In this document: positions 37,301 through 47,105 of the stretch, in pieces
Layout of the letters: every line of letters begins with the position of its first letter
How positions within the stretch are numbered: the first letter of the stretch is position 1
DNA from: Macrostomum lignano
Taxonomy: Eukaryota
Assembly: GCA_002269645.1 (NCBI GenBank)
Contig: NIVC01001689.1
Location: 124,001-188,000, forward strand
Direction: 5' to 3'
DNA: 64,000 nt
The notes under the pieces: generated by a model
Told to the model about the DNA's origin: nothing
Database searches by the model: none
The model's input: the letters and a program-made list of their open reading frames with translations, nothing else
Made by a program: the position numbers and the translations under genes

Positions 37301-40300
37301 GATGTCTAATCGATGCCTAATCGATGTCCAATCGATGCCTAATCGATGTCTAATCGATGTCTAATCGATGTCTAATCGATGTCTAATCGATGCCTAATCG
37401 ATGTCTAATCGATGCCTAATCAATGTCTAATCGATGCCTAATCGATGTCTAATCGATGCCTAATCGATGTCCAATCGATGCCTAATCGATGTCTAATCGA
37501 TGTCTAATCGATGTCTAATCAATGTCTAATGTCTGATCGACGCCCAACCTGTACAAATCCAACGGGCAGACCGCTGCTCACCTCTCTAGACATTGTTCCC
37601 ATGTGATGCTGCTGCAGGGGGTGCAGCATCCCGTGATGCCCAAAGGTCGTCAGCGGTCCGATGCAGTCCGGCCGCTGGTCTCCTTGAAACGCGACGCCAG
37701 ATGGTGTGGCCGCGGTGGCAGCGTCGGCCGCGGCTTCCGGGCAGTGCTGGTCCTTTGGCCCGCTGTACCCGTCGCGACGTCTACGACGGCCCCTCCGTCC
37801 GTCGCCGCCGCCGCGGAAGTCGCAGGGCTGCCGTCGATTCAGCAGAACGATGGCGACCACCAGGACTAGGGTGAGAAAGCTGGAGGCCACCACCACCACC
37901 AGCAGCAGCGTCCAGTTGCTGGCACCGCCAAGACCGCCGCCCAGAGCGAAGGGGCTCTCGCTGCGCCGGACCCGCACGGCGAAGGGAACGACCGTTGTCA
38001 GCGGGCGGGGGCTGCCGCGGTCCGTCACCGTTAGGTTGAAAGCGTGCAAGCCGGGCGTCAGCGGGTTCACCACCCGGAGCTCCCCAGTGGCCGAGTTCAC
38101 CTCCAGGATGCGCGTGCGCTGGCTCAGCCGCATCGACATGCCGGCGGCGGCGTGGCAGTCGCGGCCAGTCAGGCGTCGGGGCGTCCCGTCGGCGGCATCC
38201 AACTGGCAGGCGTCGGCGTCGTGTGCCCGCACGCTGTATATGGTCATGCCCGGGGCGTGGTCGTCCGTGACCTCGATCACCTGAGGGCGGGAAATCGGGG
38301 GATTGTAGATTCGGGACTGGAGATTGTAGATTCGGGACTGGGGATTGTAGATTCGGGATTGGGGATTGTAGATTCGGGACTGGAGATTGTAGATTCGGGA
38401 CTGGAGATTGTAGATTCGGGACTGGGGATTGTAGATTCGGGATTGGGGATTGTAGATTCGGGACTGGAGATTGTAGATTCGGGATTGGGGATTGTAGATT
38501 CGGGACTGGGGATTGTAGATTCGGGATTGTAGATTCGGGATTGGGGATTGTAGATTCGGGACTGGAGATTGTAGATTCGGGATTGGGGATTGTAGATTCG
38601 GGACTGGGGATTGTAGATTCGGGATTGGAGATTCGGGACTGGGGATTGTAGATTCGGGACTGGAGATTGTAGATTCGGGACTGGGAATCTTAGATTCGGG
38701 ATTCAGAATTCGGGATTCAGGATTGGGGATTCGGGATAGATTTAATTGGTTTCTCCGCAGTCACCGCTCACCTGGTGGAAGGTCGGGTCCTCCACCACAG
38801 GGGCATTATCGTTGAGGTCCATCAGGCTGACTGTGACGGTCGCAGTCGAGGACATCTTTGGCATGCCCCTGTCCCGTAGCAGAACCTTCAGCAAGTAGCG
38901 GCTGCGGGCCTCCCGGTCCAGCCGGCCACTGACCGACAACCTGCCGGAGCTGCTGACCGCGAATGTGACGTTGTCCGATTCGGGCTCCGTGCTCAACACG
39001 CTGAATTCCGCCATCGCGTTCTCATTCGAGTCCGCGTCGCTGTACTCCAGATCGTCGATCGTCCTGTCCCAGATGGTCGAATCGGCAAAGGACTCGTTGG
39101 TGTACAGCAGGCCGGAGCCGACCAACAGCGGCGGGTTGTCGTTGACGTCGGTGACCTCGATCTCGACCCGCGCCGTGGCGGCCTGCAGGCCGTCGGACGC
39201 GCGCACGGTGATCACGAAGATCGGGCGCCGTTGGGGCAGGAAGACCGGGCTCTCCCGGTCCAGCGGCCGCCTCGTTCGAATCTCCCCGGTCCGGTTGTCC
39301 ATGACGAAGCAGCCCTTGGCGTCGCCTTCGTCGCTGATCGAGTAGACGAGGCTCGCCGTGGCGTCCGCATCGACAGCGAAGACGCGGGCGGCGAAAGCGC
39401 CGGCTTGGTTCTCGGGCACCGAGTTGCCGGTGAAAGTGCTCTGGTTGAATTCCGGCGGCCACTCGTTGACGTCGCCAATGTCCACCGTGACTGTGGTGCT
39501 GGAGCTCAGGGAGGTTGGCAGGCCGTGGTCCCGGCAGACGACCTCAAAGCTTGCTGCGGCCTGCTGCTCGCGGTCGAACACGCGGGTGGTGTTCACCTGG
39601 TAGAAGCTGGGCGAGCCCGGCAGGGGGAAAAGCGCGAAGTGCGAGCTGCCCGGCCCGGCGCCCAGGCTGCACGTCACGCGGCCGTTGTCGCCGAGGTCAC
39701 CATCGCTGACCTGCAGAAAGTGCGACGGGAACTTTTCAGCTGATGAAGCTTGACGAATGCGAAGCTTTACCAACCCGAAACTTCACCAACCTGAACTTCA
39801 CCAACCCGAAACTTCACCAACCCGAAACTTCACCAACCCGAAACTTCACCAACCCGAAACTTCACCAATCCGAAACTTCACCAAACCGAAACTTCATCAC
39901 CAACCCGAAACTTCACCAACCCGAAACTTCACCAACCCGAAACTTCACCAACCCAAAACTTCACCAACCCGAAACTTCACCAACCCTGAACCTCAGTAGG
40001 CGAAAAATTCTGACCTCCAAATAGGTGACCAAGTGCGGCGCCGGAGTTCCTTCCGGGAGCATCGGTCGCACGAGTCCCTGGCTCTGAGCTTGAAACTGCA
40101 GTTTCACTTGCGGCCGGTGATCGTTCACGTCCATTATGGGAATCTGGAGCGTTGGGAGCGGGTAGGCACGGCGACTTTTCAGGTAAGAGCGGAAGGCTAA
40201 TGAGCTGAGTATAGGTTATATGCTGACAAGAAACTAAGGAGCTGACAAGAGGGGCTGACAAGAGGAGCTGACAAGAGGAGCTGACAAGAGGGGCTGACAA

Positions 40301-41635
40301 GAGGAGCTGACAAGAGGAGCTGACGAGAAAAGCTGACAAGAGGAGCTGACAAGAGAAGCTGACAAGAGGAGCTGACAAGAGGAGCTGACAAGAGGAGCTG
40401 ACAAGAGGAGCTGACAAGAGGAGCTGACAAGAGGAGCTGACAAGAGAAGCTGACAAGAGAAGCTGACAAGAGGAGCTGACAAGAGGAGCTGACAAGAGGA
40501 GCTGACAAGAGGAGCTGACAAGAGGAGCTGACAAGAGGACATGACAAGAGGGGCAACCCACCTGCACTCGCGTCTCGGCCCACTGCGACACCTCCCCACA
40601 GTCGGTCGCTCGAATCCTCAGCTCGATGTTCGCGTCGGCTGCCGCATTGACAGGGCCAACCAGGTACACTTTGCCAGAGTCGGCGTCAACCTCGAAAGCC
40701 GACGCTGCGGCCGACTGTCCCGGCTCCGCGATGATGTCGTAGACGATTCTGGAGTTCTCGCCGTCGTCCGCATCGGTGGCGGCCACCTTGCCGACCAGGC
40801 GCCGCTGCCCCAGTTGGTACAGGTTCTCCGGCACCGCCTCGAAGCGGTACACCGCCCTGTCGAACTTCGGTGCGTTGTCGTTCTCATCCAGCACGCGGAC
40901 TAGCAGCTCCGCCGTGGTGCACCGCGGCTGCAGTCCGCGGTCGCAGGCCTGCAGTGTGAGGCTGTAGTTCCGCGTGACCTCGAAGTCCAGCCTGTCCCGC
41001 AGCAGCAGCGCCAGCTGGCCGCCGCTTCGGTCCAGGCGGTCCTGCGGCTCGCCCCGCTGCTCCGGGCCGCTCTGGATGATGTGCACCTGGACGTGGCCGT
41101 TGTCCCCAGCGTCCGGGTCCGTCACCGATGGCAGCGGCCGGCGCTGGCCCATGGAGTTCTCCTTGACCTCAACGATTCTGCCTTCGGTGCCGAACGCCGG
41201 GTCATTGTCGTTCTTGTCCTCGATGGCCAGCTGCAGCTCCACGGAGCGCATCCGCCTGGCCTGGAAGTTGCGCAGCTGGGCCTGGAAATTCTTCAGGCAG
41301 GGCTGCTGGCGCGCCGGGCAGTGCAGCTCGGGGCTCTCGCGGTCCAGCCGCCCCGCGACCTTCAGTTGACCCGTGGCCGCGTCCACGCTGAGCAGCTGGC
41401 GGAGTTTCTCCCAGCCTCTGTCGGGCCTGGTCGGCTCGGTCAGCGTCAGCTCGTCATCGGGCAGAGGATCGAGTCCTAGGCAGGTGTACAAGCTGGAGTT
41501 CTCGATGGTGGCTCCTAGCGGAAGTTCCTCCTCCACACGGAAGCGACAGAGGGGAGGGGCGGCTGCCACCTGCAGGCTCACCAAGCTGGATGGAGCCGTC
41601 AGCAGCAGCAGCAGCAGCAGCTGGGCTCCGGGCAT
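30804..41635 (-). CDS. delta1-like protocadherin (signal peptide, 7 EC repeats, TM, cytoplasmic tail); join complement(30804..31312,32055..32205,37582..38280,38772..39710,40015..40143,40562..41635), 1166 aa
   Basis: Leu-rich signal MPGAQLLLLLLL; repeated PE/DxD/LDRE/DxNDN motifs; TM WTLLLVVVVASSFLTLVLVVAIVLL; tail motif SADSGHGASEEE. Phases 0,0,0,0,1 are compatible; CDS 3501 nt. Additional exons inside the 5.4 kb intron 4 cannot be excluded. Confidence 0.85.
31455..31943. repeat. 27-bp plus ~15-bp array in protocadherin intron 5
   Basis: CTGGATCCGCCCCTGATCCTCCTCTCT, then TTGAATCCGCCCCT. Confidence 0.95.
32055..32205 (-). CDS. Protocadherin exon 5 (cytoplasmic, DSGHG motif)
   Basis: TTTACCAG|ACC acceptor; TGNGGG...EVASADSGHGASEEEMMHPDHR; donor T|GTGAGT. 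Confidence 0.78.
32625..33220. repeat. 15-bp array (CCAGATCCGCCCCTT)n in protocadherin intron 4
   Basis: Near-perfect at the left; variant units (GCAG, ATCCACC, ATTCACC) at the right. Confidence 0.96.
34215..34422. mobile_element. Old hAT-type MITE
   Basis: CAGGGGTCGGCAA ... TTGCCGACCCTG termini; decayed 8-bp flanks CTTTGAGT / CTCTAAGC (5/8 identical). Confidence 0.55.
35488..35872. repeat. Heptamer array (TGAGCAC/TGAGATC/TGGGCAC)n
   Basis: 7-bp period. Confidence 0.95.
37110..37535. repeat. 11-bp array (TAATCGATGYC)n
   Basis: Starts ~50 nt inside the protocadherin intron 4 donor. Confidence 0.95.
37582..38280 (-). CDS. Protocadherin exon 4 (EC7, TM, juxtamembrane tail)
   Basis: CCCTCAG|GTG acceptor; hydrophobic TM followed by NRRQP; donor GAG|GTGAGC (a weaker alternative donor lies near 37550). 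Confidence 0.85.
38290..38740. repeat. 21-bp (3x7) array filling protocadherin intron 3
   Basis: GGGATTGTAGATTCGGGACTG variants. Confidence 0.95.
38772..39710 (-). CDS. Protocadherin exon 3 (EC4-EC6)
   Basis: FDRE, DVNEWPP, LDRE, DVNDNPP, LDRE, DLNDNAP; TTTCTGCAG| acceptor, CAG|GTGAGC donor. Confidence 0.92.
39765..39990. repeat. 16-bp array filling protocadherin intron 2
   Basis: CACCAACCCGAAACTT. Confidence 0.95.
40015..40143 (-). CDS. Protocadherin exon 2 (129 nt, EC3/EC4 linker)
   Basis: Not in the ORF track. CTCCAG|ATT... encodes IPIMDVNDHRPQVKL...LPEGTPAPHLVTYLE, which supplies the missing DxND linker; donor GAG|GTCAGA. Confidence 0.85.
40222..40550. repeat. 13-bp array filling protocadherin intron 1
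   Basis: GAGCTGACAAGAG, ~25 copies, starting ~11 nt after the donor. Confidence 0.95.
40562..41635 (-). CDS. Protocadherin exon 1 (signal, EC1-EC3)
   Basis: LDRE, DKNDNDP, LDFE, DENDNAP; donor CAG|GTGGGT. Confidence 0.92.
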
Positions 41636-41681
41636 CGTTAGCGAGGAAGCTTCAGGCTGGCAAGATGGGCATTGGGAGCGT

Positions 41682-41700
41682 CTGAGGATGAAATTTATGA
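41682..41700 (-). promoter_or_regulatory. 3' splice acceptor upstream of the protocadherin ATG
   Basis: AAATTTCATCCTCAG| 46 nt before the ATG at 41635. Confidence 0.45.
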
Positions 41701-41727
41701 AGGTTTGATGATTGCTTTTTTCTGAGA

Positions 41728-41822
41728 AGTCTTTGTTCCGATGAGATTTCTCATTCATTAAGTCTTTGTTTTGATGAGTTTCCTCATTCATTAAGTCTTT
41801 GTTTTGATGGGTTTCCTCATTC
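41728..41822. repeat. 33-bp repeat x ~3
   Basis: TCATTCATTAAGTCTTTGTTTTGATGAGTTTCC. Confidence 0.85.
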
Positions 41823-42771
41823 GATATGACTTTTTAAAACAATTTGTGATTCCTTGTCTAGTCTTTGTTCATCTATTGAGTTAGAAAGGCAGCCTTTCTC
41901 AGTGTAACTTATCGGAGAATAATTGAAACTGAACAAAAATTTTTTGTATATTTGCTCTGAAACAGTTGCTCCCTCCCAACAAACCGGTTCTTTTCGAACC
42001 GAGCACTTGCTTACAGAATCCCAGCCAAAACACAGCAGCTGTCGAGGGTCCTCGACGGGCCAGAGCTCCATCGCGTTCATCAGCCACGCCTCGCCGACCC
42101 CAGAAGAGCTCGAAGGCGCCCCCCCTCCCGACTGAAAACTTTGCGAGCGAGTCTCGGGGACCCGGAACTCGTTTTCTTAAACTCCTCGTGCGTGTCCCGC
42201 GCTGGGCTCGGAGATCCCCGCGATCCCCCCGCCTTAGTAACAACCCTGACGAGCTCGCGCCCCTCTCAGCTGTTAATCCTCTTGGCCATAACTGCCGGGA
42301 TCTGGGATTTTTTGAAGTGGCAGCCTGAGTCTGGGGAGCTGTCCCATCTGATTTTAGATAACCTTGGCTGGATGGCCATCCGCGGCAGGCATTGGGAGAA
42401 GGAGATTCTCTCTGTGTAGGTACGAAGCCCGATCAGAGACAATCACAATCAAGGATATAGAAAAGTACTGCAGAGAAATGCAGGTAGCTGGATAGAGTTC
42501 ATAGCTGACCCAAGACTGGGGAAACTTTCTGAGAATTTCGAGCGTGTCACGATCCTCTCTTTCTTTGACTGGAATGCCTTGAAATAGAGTTTGACTTGGC
42601 GAGGGAGAAGTAGATGGAGATGGAGTAGGGGGAGATTCAGATAGAGATCGAAAGGTAGGCAGTGAGGTAGAGGGAGGGATATAGTTAGATTGAGAGGGTG
42701 ATAGAAATAGATAGAGAATGACGTGGATGGAGGGTTAAAAGGAGAGGTAGAGGGTGATTTAAAGAGTGACG

Positions 42772-43262
42772 AAGAGGGAGAGAGTGAGGAAGAGGGAGAG
42801 AGTGAGGAAGAGGGAGAGAGTGAGGAAGAGGGAGAGAGTGAGGAAGAGGGAGAGAGTGAGGAAGAGGGAGAGAGTGAGGAAGAGGGAGAGAGTGAGGAAG
42901 AGGGAGAGAGTGAGGAAGAGGGAGAGAGTGAGGAAGAGGGAGATAGTGAGGAAGAGGGAGAGAGTGAGGAAGAGGGAGAGAGTGAGGAAGAGGGAGAGAG
43001 TGAGGAAGAGGGAGAGAGTGAGGAAGAGGGAGAGAGTGAGGAAGAGGGAGAGAGTGAGGAAGAGGGAGAGAGTGAGGAAGAGGGAGAGAGTGAGGAAGAG
43101 GGAGATAGTGAGGAAGAGGGAGAGAGTGAGGAAGAGGGAGAGAGTGAGGAAGAGGGAGAGAGAGTGATGAAGAGGGAGAGAGTGATGAAGAGGGAGAGAG
43201 TGAGGAAGAGGGAGAGAGTGAGGAAGAGGGAGAGAGTGAGGAAGAGGGAGAGAGTGAGGAAG
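42772..43262. repeat. 18-bp purine array
   Basis: GAGGAAGAGGGAGAGAGT. Confidence 0.96.
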
Positions 43263-43934
43263 GACAAATGAAAAGGCCACCCGAGGCTGCCACTGAGCTA
43301 CGAAAATGGCTCTCCCGTCGGCATGCATTATTACTGAAGTGAAGACTGCGCTAAGGATTTAAAGTCCCCCAAACCGTAACAGATCCTCATACTGAAGTCC
43401 CTGTCAAGTCCAATTTTTGAAACCCAGCAACCCTCATAATTCGCTCCTGGATTCAAGGCAGAAATGATTGCCCGCAGCTCAGGCTGTGCTGGACGAAGTT
43501 TTAAGTGGGCTCTCCCTAGGAGGGCGGGCCCAGAGCTGCAGCCCCGCTTTGAGTCCGCTCGCGCGCCCGTGCGTCCCGACTCAGGGTAGTTGCCACTTCT
43601 CAGGCCCCATGCAGTCAGGGAATTCCTTCCCTGTGTGTGTGTGTGTGCTCAGTCACCTAAGTGAGTAAAAGGGATCTTTGTGAGGCTCCGTGAGGGGGAT
43701 ATTAGTGGAGGCAGAGGTGAAGCGCCGTGACAACAACCCCTGACTGCTCCGCCCTTCTATTCTTTTTCTATGCAAAAAAACTGAAAAAATGTTTGGCAAA
43801 AATTGGCTTGAAAGCTGACTTTAATTTTTTGGTTAGAAATTAGAATTCTGGAGAGCGGGGCCTTGACAACCTGCGCTTGGGCCAGTTGGAATGGAGGGAG
43901 CAATTAGCACCTCCAGTGCTCCCTTGTTGACAGA

Positions 43935-44435
43935 GGGAGACAGAAGGGAGGCAGGGGGAGATAAAAGGGAGACCGGGGGAGACAGAAGGGAGAGAGGGGA
44001 GACAGAAGGGAGACCGGGGGAGACAGAAGGGAGACAGGGGAGATAGAAGGGAGACAGAAGGGAGACAGAAGGGAGACAGGGGAGATAGAAGGGAGACAGA
44101 AGGGAGACAGAAGGGAGACAGAAGGGAGACAGGGGAGACAGAAGGGAGACAGAAGGGAGACAGAAGGGAGACAGAAGAGAGACAGGGGGAGACAGAAGGG
44201 AGACAGAAGGGAGACAGAAGGGAGACAGAAGGGAGACAGAAGAGAGACAGGGGGAGACAGAAGGGAGACAGAAGGGAGACAGAAGGGAGACAGGGGAGAT
44301 AGAAGGGAGACAGGGGAGACAGAAGGGAGACAGAAGGGAGACAGAAGGGAGACAGAAGGGAGACAGAAGGGAGACAGAAGGGAGACAGAAGGGAGACAGA
44401 AGGGAGACAGGGGAGATAGAAGGGAGACAGGAGAT
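43935..44435. repeat. 11-bp purine array
   Basis: GAGACAGAAGG. Confidence 0.95.
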
Positions 44436-45057
44436 AAAAATAGAAAGGTTGGTAAAGACAAAAGGAAAATCTCCTGCGGTAGAAGCTCCCGATATGTATC
44501 GAAAGCTGTCACTCCCGGCCTTTGAGGTGGGGGTCGGGGATGAGGGGTCAGTTCAGTCCGCGACAAACAGAAATAATAAATCAAGCGAACTGTCAGAGGC
44601 CCGATCAGCTGACTAACTAAACTGAGTCCAGGTGCCTTGATCAGGGCCGCCCAGCGCCCCATCCAAGACAGCAGCAAACCGGTCTGTTTGGCACTTGCTT
44701 CTAGAAGAGAGAAAGATAGACTATTGCTGGCTGCTGGGTTTATTTGCACAGCACCAACCCCAGGCCGTCTCGGTCCTTTACGGCGCCACGCCAGGGGGGG
44801 GGGTGGATAAACACCGGGCGTAAGCAAATCCTGAAATTTCCTGGTGGAGCCGGGCAAGAACTTATGGCTTCTTTTATGATCATAATGTATACTTCTTCTG
44901 TTTGAGATACTTTTTCGCTTCGTCAGCTTAGGGGGGGGGGGGTTCGGGACAAATGGCCGCCTCTTCAGCACCTTCATCGAATATGAACCGTAACCTGACG
45001 CTCGACCCAGCGCCCCACCTGAGCCAACCGAGGGCTCGTATTTGATCTCGGCAATAC

Positions 45058-45314
<257 letters not shown>

Positions 45315-46379
45315 CCCCAGTCCAGACTGGCAGTCCAGGTGTCCATGCATAGGTTTCAGTCACGGGCCACCAGCTCAGTTGCCACTCTTCGCAGATTTCG
45401 ATTCCGAGGTTCGGAGGAAGCGAGCGAACCGGAACGCGGGATTCCAGCACCAGCCGTATTTTGCTAAGAAACGAAAACTTCAAAGAAAACCCACCGCAGT
45501 GAAGCCCAAAAAGCCCTGGCCAGGAAGTTCAATAAATCCAGTTTTAATCCGCAATTTAAACAAATGCTCCAGAACTGAGACCCATTGGAAACAGGCTTGA
45601 GCTGTTTGCTCTGAGCACACCCGACACGGCCATCGAGCCGACCCAGGGTTCATATTTGTCAAGGAGGTTTTTCAGTGTCAGTTTTCTTTCTATATGTAAG
45701 TTTGTAACGGTTCTCTGACCCTGGCTGATGCCAACTGGAGATCCACATCCGGGATCTATGAGAACAATGGGTCTCCCTGTCTCGAGGTGGCGGATCTTCC
45801 ATTGTTTGAGGAGCCCACAGCCGCAGAAAACTGACACCAACTAAGGTTTGAGACTGAGTTTCTTGCTTTAAGTCGGAAAGATGCAGAATGGCCAGGACAA
45901 CAATGGACAATGGCGATGGTGCTGAGTTAACTGTGAAAATAAATATAGAGCTCTGCTCATCGATTGCTTTCTAGCAGAGCCTCAACCCCCCTTGCGCGGC
46001 TGAAAGTGATTAAAATCTCCAAGGCCATTAGACTGACAGCCTGTGTACACCCAGACTGACTTTTGAGTCGCCAACCCCCCTCCCCCCATCCCGCTGACAG
46101 GTGGGTCCGCAGTCCAGTAATTAACTCGCAGCGCTCGGATCGATGCAGTCTGGAGAAGCCGACTGGGGCAGTTTGGTTGAATAAATTTTCAATTTTTTAG
46201 CTTGTTGCTAAGGTCTAGTTTCGTTCGATACTTTGCTTTCTGCTTTTAGAGCCAGCATTCGGAACTGTGTCTGCTCTCTCAGTGGCTGCCGTTCTCTGGT
46301 CTACAGATTCTCATCCTCTGAAGTGTTCGATTTTTAAAGATGCCTTTGCTTTGCCTGCGGCCTGGTGTGGGTGGAACAT

Positions 46380-47105
46380 TGAGACAAGAGAGGGCAAAGG
46401 ATAGAGAGAAAATAAGGGCGTTGAAGGATAAGAGAAGAGAGTGGAGATGAGAGAAGAGAGGAGAGATGGGATAATAGAGATGAGATGAAAGAGGAGAGGA
46501 GAAATGAGAGAAGGAAGGAGAGATGAGATAAGAGATGAGAGAAGAGAAGAGAAGAGAGGAGAGATGAGATAAGAGAGGGGAGACGAGAGATGAGAGATGA
46601 GAGGGAGACGATTGAAGAGAGGAGAGATAAGAGAAGAGGTGAGATAAGAGAAAGAGGGCAGAGATGAGATGTGAGAGAAGAGAGGGATATAAGAGAAGAG
46701 ATGAAAGATAAGAGAAGAGAGGGGAGATGAGAGAAGAGTTGAGATAAGAGATGAGAAGAGAGGAGAGATGAGCTAATCAGGAGAGATGAGATAATATTAG
46801 AGATGAGATAAGAGAGGAGAGAATAGACAAGAGAGCAGAGATGAGAGAAGAGAGGGAGATTGAAGAAGAGATGAGAGAAGAGAAGAGAAAAATATAGAGA
46901 TGAGATAAGAGAGGAGAGAAGAGAGAAGAGAGGAGAGATGAGATAAGAGAGGAGAGAAGAGACAGGAGAGCAGAGATGAGAGAAGAGAGGGAGATGGAAG
47001 AAGAGATGAGAGAAGAGAAGAGAAAAATATAGAGATGAGATAAGAGAGGAGAGAAGAGAGAAGAGAGGGGAGATGAGAGAAGGAGAGGGGAGAAGGGAGG
47101 CAAAG
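46380..47105. repeat. Degenerate GA-rich tract
   Basis: GAGATGAGA/GAAGAG motifs. Confidence 0.9.

Noticed and set aside
39977-41791. 604-aa ORF as a complete single-exon protein
   Set aside because: The N-terminal 52 codons lie upstream of the signal-peptide Met, and everything after 40562 is intronic repeat read-through.
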